Source: Eledone cirrhosa
Lineage: Eukaryota
Length of the DNA stretch: 64,000 nucleotides
Direction of reading: 5' to 3'
Assembly (NCBI GenBank): GCA_964016885.1
Contig: OZ024740.1
Location: 184,512,001-184,576,000 of the forward strand
This document shows positions 12,441 through 24,900 of this stretch, piece after piece. The notes beneath the pieces were generated by a model. It was not told where the DNA came from. It saw nothing but the letters and a program-made list of their open reading frames with translations, and ran no database searches. The position numbers and the translations under genes are program-made. Each line of letters opens with the position of its first letter. The stretch's first letter is position 1.

Positions 12441-13570
12441 ATCTACACATCCCTGACACACAGCACATCTCATAACTAGTTTAATGTCTCTTACATTTTT
12501 TGTTACTATACCAACATTTTCAGCTCTAGTTTAGGTATTGCATGTTAATTGAAAACTATTGAATATATTTATTTTTTCTAACTTTCAGTGTTTAGTGACA
12601 TTTATTACCCTACTACTGTTTCTGTTGTAAACAATAATGTTTCAAATAAATTACAATATCTTTTGCAAAATGTTCTTGCACCAACAAAACTCATTGTCTT
12701 TTATGTCGCATTTATATGGCAATAAACATAAGGAATATCATTCCAAGTTATATTAAGTTTATGCAGACTATTGTTGCTCATAGCTCTTTATGGAATATCT
12801 TGCTTTTTTTGGGGTCATTTACATGACTAATATTTTATACAAATACTAATGTAAATCATATTAATGACTTGCAATCCCATCTGCAAAACAACTAGTAACA
12901 CTGATAATGATATTATATTTTGCAGTCAAAACTTTGTTAAAGGGTGCCTATAATATTTATTCATTCAAACTATACATTTAGTACTTTTCTCTTTCTTTCT
13001 TGTAATACATTTCTGACTGTTCTACCATATCTTCTTAGGCTGATGACATTTCTAGCCTTCAGCATTTGACAGTTTACTGCATATTTACAGCCTAAAGATT
13101 ATACGACCTATTGTAAGTAATTCAAAATTTAGGATCTAATGTTTTTTTTTCAAAACATATATTACAGTAGTATCCTAATATATTTTAAAAACTTTTTTAT
13201 CTCTCTGCATTCTGAAGAGTTATAACCATTACTCACTATCCATGAGTGAAATGACCTGATACTATGGAAAAATAATGACATGTATTATATAAGATAATAT
13301 TTTTGCTGTTTTCATATCAAGCATTGTTGTGCAGGCAGTAGGCTGCAGGCTATTTAATACGAGGATGGTATTTCAGTTTTTTACAAAAAGCCACCTCAAT
13401 TCACTTCGTCTTTCTAGTGCCCTTAAGGAAAAAGTCAAGAACATTTTCTATTTTATACATAGATGTGAGCATCGTCAAAAACAAATCAAGATTGTTACTA
13501 TAATTGCAGCAGGCATATTTGTCACTGTGCAGTTTCTACATAAAAGGCTGCACTGAAAATTACAATATTT

Positions 13571-13616
<46 letters not shown>

Positions 13617-13696
13617 ATATGGCAGTGACCCAGCATAGCCTCAGCCTATCAGCTGGAACATGTAATAGAATAGAGTAATATGTACACATATATATA

Positions 13697-14470
13697 TCAT
13701 CATCATCATCGTTTTACGTCCGTTCTTCCAGGCTAGCATGGGTTAGACGGGTTGTTCTGTTGTGGGCAGTGTCCAGTCGGCTGACCTTGTCTTGCTCATA
13801 CAGGAACTGATTCTGGCTTGATTTCTACAGCTGGATGCCCTTCCTAACACCAATCACATTTACAGTGAGTGGTGGGTGCTTTTTTCCATGGCGCCTACAC
13901 ATCCACTTTACAGTGTGGGCTGGGTGTTTTTTGCCATGGCACATCCACAACCACTTTGCAGTGGGGGTGTGGGGACATATTGTCTATATGCTTCAGCTTC
14001 GGCTTGTTCCTGTGGGAGGTCGGGTCTTCTGTATTACTGTGTGATGCCAGAGGTCACAGTCGTGTGTCATTGCTCTTGAGATGTGTATCACCTCATCCCA
14101 GGTCTTCTTGTGTCTCCCCACTCCGCGGCTTCCATCGACTTCTAGTGCTCTGCACCTTTTTATGCAGCTGTTATCCTTCATACGCATCACATGTCCATAC
14201 CAATGTAACCTTCTCTCCTGCACACAGCATTTGATTCCTCTTATGCTCAGTCTCTTTCTCAATTCGTTTGCCGGAGCATGCAGGCTTCGTTTCTTTCTAA
14301 TCTGTGCAAGTCTTCTACAGACAGTGCCCAGGTTTCACTTCCTTGTTCCATTGCTGTTCATATACACGCATCATACAGTCTGCCTTTCATGTTGAGGGAA
14401 AAGCCTTTTGCAGTAGTTCAGGATGGAAGAAGTTCCCTGAATTTCTTCCATCCCGTTCTTACCCTAGTTA
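13697..14470 (-). mobile_element. RTE LINE 3' fragment with long 3' UTR
   Basis: ORF 13993-14262 ERRLHWYGHVMRM...GRHKKTWDEVI; UTR with ~45-bp internal repeats; (ATG)n tail. Confidence 0.88.
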
Positions 14471-14471
14471 T

Positions 14472-14806
14472 CATTTACTCATCATTTCATTTTACGTCCG
14501 CTTTTCCCTGCTTGCAAGGGTGGGACGGGAACAGATTCTGGCTTGATTTCTACAGCTGGATGCCCTTCCTAACACCAACCTCATTTACAGTGAGTGCTGG
14601 GTGCTTTTTTGCCGTGGCACCTCCACGACCACTTTGCAGTGGAATGATAGGGACACTATCATCTCATTTCTACAGCTGGGGAAACTGGAGCAATGTGAAA
14701 TAAAGTGTCTTGCTCAAGGAAACAACACATCACCCAGTCTGAGAATTGAACTCACAACCTTTCGATTGCAAGGCCAATGCTCTAACCACTAAGCCATGTG
14801 CCTCCA
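14472..14806 (-). mobile_element. Full-length CORE-type tRNA SINE (family B)
   Basis: Head GGAGGCACATGGCTTAGTGGTTAGAGC (A-box) and GAGTTCAATTCTC (B-box), CORE-like CCTTGAGCAAGACACTTTATTTCAC, RTE-like tail. Short TSD TAGTTAT at 14465 and 14807. Confidence 0.88.
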
Positions 14807-15339
14807 TAGTTATATATATATATTTATATATTTATATATATATATAACCAAAGAGAATGAAAGTATAATGTTCTTAACTCATTTATTCTTTCAGCATTAC
14901 TACAAATTATTACGCAGGCAAAATTCAAGAAGATGGAATATATTTGGGTAGTACATGACATGTGTGTAAACGGTGGCAATGCCTCTTTGGCTGGATATGC
15001 TCTTTCTTTACGTCTAACATCCTGTATATTTTACCTAAAGAATATCTCTTACATATTCCACTGATAAATGCACAAACACATTGAGCTTTGTATTTGGCAA
15101 TCATATGCTCTACTATGTTGCTCTCTGCATGGAAAGTGGATGCACTTCCTAATGCCAACCATGTTAGAATGTGAACAGGGTGCTTTTATCATGGCACCCA
15201 AATCACCACTTAACCTGGTGATATATATCAAAGATGTATGCATATTCTAAATACTATGTTTGGTGTTGCTACAAGCAAATGTTTGATTGGCACTAAGAAC
15301 TAGTGAAGCAGTTACTTACTACTTGGAACATCAAGCATA

Positions 15340-15660
15340 AGTAGTAGTGAAAGAGTCACTTGCTGGGAAGAAAAACTTAGCAACCTCCCATCTGTAACAA
15401 CAATGCCCCACAGAGCAGATACAAATTATGCAGTGTGGAAACGCCTCAGCAGATACGATCTGGATCGGGACGTTGTGTGTGACTGCGGCATCGAACCCAA
15501 GACTACGCAGCACCTCCTGCTATCCTCCCTGCTGGAACACCCTAGCACAGCACTGGACTTGGCAAAGTTTAATGAGAAAGGAAAGCAATGTGTTCAGCTG
15601 TGGTGGAACCACATCTAGCCAAGCTTTGTAGGCGACACTCTTGTGGACACGATAAGAACA
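15340..15660 (+). mobile_element. Ingi/Vingi-like LINE 3' fragment
   Basis: WKRLSR...CDCGIEPKTTQHLL..L..PST..DL pattern and 3' end GGACACGATAAGAA. Confidence 0.6.
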
Positions 15661-16470
15661 CTTATTACTTATCCACTAATAACAACATGTGTATTTCAAA
15701 GACTGCTATATTTCAACAACTGTTTTCTTCGACTGAAAAAAATTGAGTTAACATTCGAAACATGGCCATGTCAGGATAAATAATGTTTATCTTAATATTG
15801 ACATCGTTCTTCCTAGTTTATTTTGCATATAATTCTTGCATACATGTTAAATTACATTATTTTTAGCTCTACTTTAATGTTTGGAAACTCTATGACAATT
15901 AGGTAAAGATATAGCAAAATATGTACTCAGAAATATATCTAGTTTACTACCACAATTTATAACACATAACTCCTCACTGTTTGGAATCATTTCTATATAA
16001 TACTTGATGGATGTTGGTTTTTTGGCAAGATATACAGAAGGGGTGAGAAAGTAAAAAATAGAGGGAGAGAGAGATTTAACATATGAGTTGAAGGAAGAGT
16101 ATACATGCTGAGTGAAGTGGCAATTAATGAGTGATAGAGATAAAAGGCAAATATATCTGACTTTGATGTACAAATTAAAAAACAAAATTAGAATTAATAT
16201 TTAATTTTTGGCAAAGCTAGCCGTAAAATCACTCGGTATGCAAATAAGGCTAATCAGTTGATGTGTACTTAAAAAAAATACCATATATTTTCAAGTGTTA
16301 AAACAAATGGCAGAAAGAGTTGCACAATCTTGACAATGGGCAATAACCTGAAACAACGTTGTTGATTGTTTCTCCATGCTACTCCTAGAACAAAAGAATG
16401 ATGGCAGTCATCTACAAAACATAACATAATAATAATAATAATAATAATGTTCTTATTATTCAATATAAAA

Positions 16471-16507
<37 letters not shown>

Positions 16508-16734
16508 GCTGACCTTGCACACTTGCACTTCTCTAAGACAATGACACATAATCGAAATCTTTGGTGCTATGCAGAAACTCACCTTCCCGTGTGCTCGGAT
16601 TTAAACTTACACTCAGTCGGCATTCTTAATCCAATATACACCCCACATGCCCTACACCTCCCTGCCACTTCCACCCCACCACCCTTACTCTGTAAAATTA
16701 TGTTGGTACCACATAACATCCAGCCCAAAACATA

Positions 16735-16980
16735 AAGTGGTCATGTAGGTGTCAAACAGTCCACACTGTAAAGTGGTCATGTAGGAGACACAGAAAAAGC
16801 ACCCAACACACACTGTAAATGTGGTTGGTGTTAGAAATGGCATCCACCAATAGAAAACCAGCCAGAATCAGTCCTATATGAGTGAGATACGGTCACCCGA
16901 CCCAACTTGCCTCAAATGGAACAAACCTATCTGATCCATGCTAGCGTGGAAGATAGACGTTAAATGATGATGATTATGAT
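16735..16980 (+). mobile_element. RTE-tail-derived repeat
   Basis: GGTTGGTGTTAGAAATGGCATCC...GGAAGATAGACGTTAAATGATGATG. Confidence 0.7.
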
Positions 16981-17073
16981 ATATAAGAGTGAATTTATTC
17001 TTTTATACTTTATACGACACTATACTCTACCAGGAATGTTGTAATTCTCACATCATTGGATTATTACATTCCT

Positions 17074-17117
<44 letters not shown>

Positions 17118-17124
17118 AGGAATG

Positions 17125-17218
<94 letters not shown>

Positions 17219-17379
17219 GAAGTAAAGTTTATTTGGTATAGCTACCTCAAATAGAGATTGATGTCAATGTATAGTGACAACTTTACAACTTTGTAGTGGG
17301 TTTTGGAAAGATCAGTGATTCACAATCAATTTTAGTTTGTGTGATATTTTGAAATGGATGTAGTATATCTTCAATTCGG

Positions 17380-17810
17380 TATGTGTGCCATCCTTACATA
17401 TTGTCATGAATCATGAGTAATGACTGAAAGAATACAATTGTGAATACAAGTGGCCAAAATGGGGGTCCTCCAAAGGGTCTTTGAAGTAACATTACTCGAA
17501 AGATCAAAAAATCATTCCAAGGAGAGCTGCTACTTCTCTGAATTGAGAGATCACAGCTTCGATACTATGGGTATACGGTTAGAATGTCACAAGAAAGAAT
17601 CGCTGGACAGATTTTACGGACAAAACAGACCAACAGGAGAAACAGGGGTAAACTCTGAGGAAGATGATTGAATAACAACCATGAGCTTGGCTGGTCTTTT
17701 GGGGGATCTAGCCCGATCAGTTGGAGATTGTTGCTTCTCACAGGACACACGAGAAGGAGTGTTTGAGGATTCTGACCCCACGGCGCTCTCAAGAATAAGT
17801 AGGCAAAGAA
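17380..17810 (+). mobile_element. Degenerate RTE LINE 3' fragment (same family as 570-1108)
   Basis: Clear nucleotide similarity to 710-1100, e.g. CATGAATCATGAGTAATGA, AGAATCGCTGGACA and GAAGGAGTGTTTGAG. Confidence 0.7.
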
Positions 17811-20013
17811 GTTGTTTTATTTACAAGGAATGTAAAGGGTGTATGTGCTGTGATTATTATTGTAGGGAGATGAGGTAGTATTTTTTTTGTTTGAGTAAGA
17901 AGAGTGTGTGTATGAAGGTGGCTTGACTAGGTATGCAGAGTTCAGAATATGTTTTTTACGATTAGGAAAAGGGTTATAATTTCAACACTTTTCATATCAG
18001 CTTGCCTGAAAACACCATAATTTTATAATACAATTTAAAATGTTCATTCTTTTATAATTTTATTTAAAATATGAGGTTGCTAATGAAAGATCAGTTATTC
18101 AAATTTTCAAAATGAATAGATACACATAGGCAGCATATTTCAGTATTTCATTTGAAATATTGTAACAAAGATGTTAATTTATCATTCACTGAAGTACTGA
18201 CAGGAGGTTCTAATTCGCCTTGTGGTGTATGACTGTACTTAGTGTTGAACTGATCGTTTTTTTGGGGGGAGGGGGGGGGCTTTGATTGTATATTTTTGTG
18301 TTATATTTATATGGTTCTTTGAATTCTATTTTATGTTAAGCATCATCATTATAATATCTCACTAATGAATTATAAATGCAAACAATTTAATAAATGTGGT
18401 TGATATATATATATATATATATAAAACGAAATTCACTGAAGGGTGTAGTGATATGATGCCCTAACAAGTATGAATGCCTGTAAAACAGAAGTTTAATGGA
18501 GCAAAACAATACTTATAGAAGTATATTAGATCAGGGAGTTTAGTAAAGGATTTTAGGTGGAGACGGAGACAGACAACATTTTCATTAATGGGATTAATGT
18601 TTTTAGTGACTTACTTTGAAAGTAACTATATTGAGCAAAGGGGTACCTTAGTGGCTTGACAGATATATAAATGTAAACATACATACACACACATGCCAAT
18701 ACATATATGTATATAACCAAATAGCTGTACATACGAATATAAATATGTATGCAAACATAAAAACATACTTGTACATAATATAAAGAAAAACACACACATT
18801 TATATATGTATGTATGCACACTTATTTATATGGCTGTATATACATACCTATGAAGAGCGTTCAAAACATTCTGAACCCAATGTACCTAATCATATGCCCC
18901 TTTTTCTGTATGACTTGGCTTTTTGCCAGGTTCTGAGTAGTAGTTCTTGGCACAAATTGATATTTTAATGCAGAATCTCTTCCTAGTTGAACTTTTTCAC
19001 CTCAGTTCACATCAATTACATAGGTAATCCCTGAAGAATAATCATTTACAATCACAATAATCAACTTTGCTCCTCTCTTAAGGCATATGAATTTAGACAA
19101 ATATAAAAACCAATAGTAAACATTTTGTTGTACACTAATTACAGAATCAAATATTTTTCACTATTTTCTTTTGTTTTAGATATTTCTTACATGTATGTCA
19201 AATCAAATTTAAATAAATACTTTATTTAGATCAAGGAGAAATATTACAACTTTATATTTTTTCAGATCATTTTATAATATAAATATGGAACCTAATTCTT
19301 ATAAAAATGAATTAAATTAACAACGCCTCTAGCAATTCCACTATTATTTTGAAAACTGTAAGTTTGACAGAAGTTTATAGAGAACAGTGAATTTCATAAT
19401 CTCTGTTGAAAGTGTATGTTTTTTTTTTTTGGAGGATGTGAATCTTCTGATGGTGTAATTCCATGTATTGAATGTGTAATTTTATGATAGAAAATCTTTG
19501 AAAACTATAACATTGAATGTTGTCATCTATTACATTCATATTTATGTTAAGATGTAAGTAGACAATCTCTAGTATTGAATGAAATCAAAGACATACTTTA
19601 TTGATAATATTATTCTACTATGTCATAGCTATAGTGGTGAAACTTTAACAAATCTTAATTTTCATATTAAAGGATTGTAAAAATAGCCGAAATTTAATCC
19701 ACAGTCACAGTCAAAAAAGTACGTCAGATATCCAACAGTGCTTGAATACAAAAAGCGAATTACCTAATCATCATCATCATCATCAGGTCCACTTTTCCAC
19801 ACTTGCATAAATATATTGTAGGTGATTCAGATCAGATGATGCTGGAATTGGGCCCATAGCTTCTAAAGAAGACTTTGAGTCAATTATCTGTGAAATGCAC
19901 GTAACAGGTAAGAAAAAAACGTTTTTCCTTATATATAAGAATAATAACAACAACAGCAACCACAATAATAATAATAATAATAATTATAATAATAATAATA
20001 ATAATAATAATAA

Positions 20014-20202
20014 TTGTTTCTACTTTTGGCACAAGACAAGCAATAACCCCAGTACATTACTGGTACTTTATTTTATCGACCCCGTAAGGATGAAAGGCAA
20101 AGTTAACCTCAGCGGGATTTGAACTCAGACCATAAAGGGTTGTAACTCTTTGCTGCAAAGCATGGCGTCTGACCCTCTACGGATACTGCCAATCCACCGC
20201 CC
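20014..20202 (-). mobile_element. tRNA SINE family A, embedded in (AAT)n
   Basis: Highly similar to 1291-1475; (AAT)n on both sides. Confidence 0.85.
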
Positions 20203-20231
20203 TTAATAATAATAATAATAATAATAATAAT

Positions 20232-20730
20232 TTACCACATTCTGAGAAGTGGTATGAGCATAAGCCAGAGTCGGTGATAGAAAACGATCAGGTGAAGGTG
20301 CTGTGGGATTTTAGGATACAGATGGACCAGAAACTGGAATACAATAGGCCTGACCTGGTAGTTTTGGACAAGGAAAAAAGATCGTGCCTGATTGTAGATG
20401 TAGGCTGCCCATTTGGCACGAGAGTGCAAGAAAAGGAGAGAGATAAAAATTAACCGATAGTAGGACTTAAAGTGGGAGGTAAAAAGATTTGGAACTGCCA
20501 TGAAGTCAGAGTCGTCCCGATTGTCATACGTGCACTAGATACTATCTCAAAGAGTTTCCAAGGATGGTTAAAGAAAATTAGTCCAGCCCCACTTTTTGGA
20601 ACACTTCAAAAGGCATGCTTGCTGGGAACAGCAAGAACCCTCCGATACGTCCTGAATATCTGAGGCTGCATGTAGCGGCTTGATATTCATTTCAACAGAC
20701 TTTCCAGTTAAATAACATCAATGACGCAAA

Positions 20731-20793
<63 letters not shown>
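20232..20793 (+). mobile_element. 5'-truncated copy of the R4/Dong-like element (RLE domain + 3' UTR + (AAT)n)
   Basis: Aligns by eye to 25141-25668 and has an in-frame stop. Flanked by (AAT)n on both sides. Confidence 0.92.
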
Positions 20794-20794
<1 letters not shown>

Positions 20795-20796
<2 letters not shown>

Positions 20797-21105
20797 TTTC
20801 TTTATTAACCACAAGGGTTTACATAAAGTAGACATTAAGGACAGTGCAGGACAATGCAGGACGGTACAAATGGGCATTTCTGCGTGTAAAAAAACAAAAA
20901 CAGAGGATGTAACAAAAATAACAATGAAAATAACAATGAAAAATTCCCCAATAGGGGGGAGACTTCGGAGGGACATTTGTGGAGAAAGCCCAGTAAAAAG
21001 CCACAATGACCCTGACCACCAAGGCAAGTGCCCTCTCCCAGTTTTCCACCTTTAGTTTACAGATATATACTCAGAGTCGGCCCATTCACTCGGGCCATTC
21101 TTGCT
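20795..21105 (-). mobile_element. Tx1-like LINE 3' fragment
   Basis: Encodes ARMARVNGPTLSIYL*, matching the C-terminus ATMARVNGPSLYISL* of 34527-36311, and ends in GGTTAATAAAGAAATC. Confidence 0.85.
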
Positions 21106-21999
21106 TCTCTCAAGGGAAGAAGACGCACGAGGTGACGGAGGTCATGAAATCGCTCCCGTAAGTTTTGAATTTTTAACATATTTAAACCATTTGTGAAATA
21201 ACAACTCTTAGCACAAATGCTACGTAAAGCACCCGGCTTGAGCCCAAAAAAATTCGGACCCAAAATATATTGCTATAAGGCTCAAATATTCAAATATTCA
21301 ACTTTGTATTGTACACTGTATATCCAAAAAAAAAAAATGGCTATAAATGGAAGAAGAACCCCTCCCCTCCTCTCCTCTGGCTACACTATATAGGACAGCT
21401 AAACTCACCAACACCAGAAACTAGATACACCACCCACCCCATCATCTGTGTACACTAAACACAACAGCCAGATAACGACACATTTTCACCTTCACCGCCA
21501 CCGCTCACTACGGCCATCATTACCACCACTATCCCAGCACCGCCGCCACCACCCCTTGACTCCGCTACAGCACCATCACTACAGTAATACGGTCACATCA
21601 CCGCCACCACTGCCTCGGTATCGACATCACCACCACCACTGTCTCAGTATCGCTAACGCCGCCAGTCTCCCACTTCCCTGCTGGCTGCTACTTCCACATT
21701 ATAGAATTCCTACTACTAACAAAGAGGTAGGCATCAAAATATATAGATAGACCCAAAAGAAAAAAGAAAAAACAAACAACAAAACCAAAGCAGCACAGCA
21801 ACAACAGCAAAAAACGAGAAAAACAAACAGAGAAAAACAAAAACAAAAAAAAGAAACCCCAAAAACGTAAAGAAAATAAGAATGAAGAGAGAAGCAGGCG
21901 GACGGACAGAGAAGAGGGGGGAAAAAGTAAAACTTAAAAAACTAAAACTAAGTCAGACATTCGAACACTACATTACAATGAAACTTATGCTTATTCATT

Positions 22000-24900
22000 T
22001 CTGGGGCCCTTTCTGCCTGTGTGTTTGTTTGTTTATGTGTGTTCGTATACAGCGTGGTGATAATGCCACACAAGGGCCAAGTGGGATGGCGGATCCACAG
22101 ATGGCTATGTAAACATACATTCGCCAATCCTCGATAAGAGTGTTTAAATATCGAACATAAACAGTTCGAATAACGGTGAAATGGAGACTAGAACGTCATG
22201 TGACAGACTCTCACCCAACAGGTGCCCCCTGGCTCAGCAGCAGGAACCTGACTGTCAACCAAATACTGCTGATGTTGGAGGAAGGAGAAGAAGGAAAGGG
22301 GCCAGAACCAACTGGACGAAAGAATTGAATAGAACTGTTATGCAATGCTACCTGAAAAGTAATCCCAAGGAGAGGGGCTACAGGAGACGGATGCATAACA
22401 TCTGGAACGAGATTGGTTTATTTAAATTAGATGAACAAAAATTGGCCGGGCAGGCTCGGGTAATAAGAACTAATGGGTGGATAAGCGAGCTGGAACTGGA
22501 GGAACTGAGCAGAGAGAATGGCTTGGAGGTGGCGGGTGTAGTATGCCAGACAAGCGAGCCGGTGGGAAATGAAGGTGAGGAGGTCCTGAGAACGGAGGAA
22601 CCACCCGAAGCAGACAATGATCTGAGTACTGAGATAAATAATACCTGGAACAGAGATACGGCCACTGAGGAGATGAATGCTGACGGGCTAGGACAAGATT
22701 CGGTTGACATCCTAAATTTAGTGGTAGATGAATTGAACAATGATAGTGGGAGACCTATGAACCTAAGATTTGTAGACAGGAAAAAGTTAAAAGAAACAAC
22801 AGCTAAGGTAAACAAAGTCATCCCGTACCTTGAGGCGAGGAGCCTTCACCAGTGCAACAATATCCTCAGAGCAACAGAAAATACGGTGAGGAAACTACTT
22901 GGTATAAAAGCGAGAGGAAACAACAGACAAGAAAGAGCAGAGCCGTGGTGGAAGAAGCGACTGAGTGGGCAAATCGGGGAAATGAGAAATGACATAGGAA
23001 AGCTTGAGTCACTACTGAATGGGACACTAAAAAACATAGGCACTAAAAATAGACTGGAAATAAAATACAAAACTAGGAGTAAAAAGCTAAATATTATCAT
23101 AGAGGAATTGAAGCAACGCATTGTAGCAAAGAGTGCAAAAATCAGGCGATACGAGAACAGAGTCAGTCAGTATAAACAGAACCGCATGTTCGACAACAAC
23201 CAGACGATGTTGTTTGGACAGCTTGAGGGCAAAGACAGAGGCAACGACTTGATCCCTGGGGCGGAGCAAACTAAAACATTCTGGAGAGGAATATGGGAGC
23301 AGGATGTTAGACACAATGCCCAGGCAGGGTGGATTGAGACAGTACAGAGGGAGATCGGTGAGCAGGCACAGCAACAGACTGATTTGAGTATCACAGTTGA
23401 AACTCTTAAGGGACAAGCCAAAAAACTAACCAACTGGAAATCACCAGGCCCAGATGGTGTGCAGGGGTATTGGATTAAACATCTAACATCCCTTCACCCG
23501 AAGCTGACGGCCATGTTCAATGACTGCTTGGTGTCGGGTGAGGTGCCAGAGTGGATGACAAAAGGTACCACAGTTCCGATAATGAAAGACCGAATCAAGG
23601 GTAATGATGCTACCAACTATAGACCTATCACATGTCTGCCCGTAATGTGGAAACTGTTGATGAGCATTGTGTCTGAGGAAATCTACCATCACCTCCACAC
23701 AAACAACTTGTTACCGGACGAACAGAAAGGATGCCGAAAGAAGTCACGTGGTACAAAGGACCAGTTGCTTATTGATAAGATGGTAATGGGGAATTGCAGG
23801 AGGAGACACACTGATCTTGCCATGGGATGGATAGACTACAGAAAGGCATTTGACATGGTGCCTCATTCCTGGATCACCAAAAGCCTGGAGATCTTCAGGG
23901 TGGCGGATAACATCAGACAGTTGCTAGGCAGGAGTATGGGGTCCTGGGAGACAGAGTTGACATCAACTGGAGTATCCTTGGGAAGCGTGAAGATCAAGAG
24001 AGGTATCTTCCAGGGAGATAGCCTGTCCCCTCTGTTGTTTGTCCTTGCCCTGATGCCCTTGACCATTATGCTGCGAAAAGTGAGAGCAGGATACAAGTTG
24101 GGAAGGGGAGAGCTTACCATCAATCACCTCCTCTTCATGGACGATCTTAAGCTCTTCGGGAAAAGTGAGAAGGAGTTGGATGTGCTTGTTGACACTGTCA
24201 GTATTTTCAGCAGTGATATATGTATGCAGTTTGGTATTGGTAAATGTGGAGTCATTGTGATGAAGAGGGGTAGGTTGAGCAGAAGTAACGGGATCCAGAT
24301 ACCAACAGGTGAGATGATAAAGGAAATTGACTCTGAGGAAGGATACAAGTATTTGGGCGTTCTGGAGGCTGATGGCATAAAGAACAAAAAAATGAAGGAA
24401 TTGTTAAGAACTGAATACATTCGGAGAGTAAGGAGCGTACTGAAGTCACATCTGAACAGCAGAAATGCCATAAGCGCAGTAAATTCCCGAGCTGTGTCTA
24501 TTATTAGGTACAGTGCGGGAATTCTGAGATGGAATGTTGCTGAACAGAAAGAAATGGATAGGAAGACTAGGAAGCTATTGACTATCTACAACATGTTCCA
24601 CAAGAGGAGTGATGTCGATAGACTCTACCTAAGGAGATCTGAGGGTGGAAGAGGTCTTATCAGCATAGAGGACTGTGTTCAGATGGAGAAAAACAACCTA
24701 TACAAATACGTGACCTATAGTAAGGAGCCAATGCTCAGAGCTGTACTGAAGGAGGGGACAGTAGGCCAGGGGATGTCCAGGGAGGAAATAACATCAAGGA
24801 GGAAGAGCAGCCTTAAGGGAAAACCCCTTCATAGTACCTTCTTTGAGAGAACTGAATTTAGAGATCCACAGACATGGAACTGGTTGAGAAGAGGAGACCT

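Noticed and set aside
14735-14806. tRNA gene
   Set aside because: It is a tRNA-like SINE head: the acceptor stem is not closed, there is no terminator, and it continues into the CORE domain.
18849-18880. Mariner-like TIR (TATGAAGAGCGTTCAAAA)
   Set aside because: No partner TIR or transposase found.
21448-21750. His/Pro-rich ORF
   Set aside because: Low-complexity (CAC/CCA) DNA, like 46240-46350; no splice or domain support.
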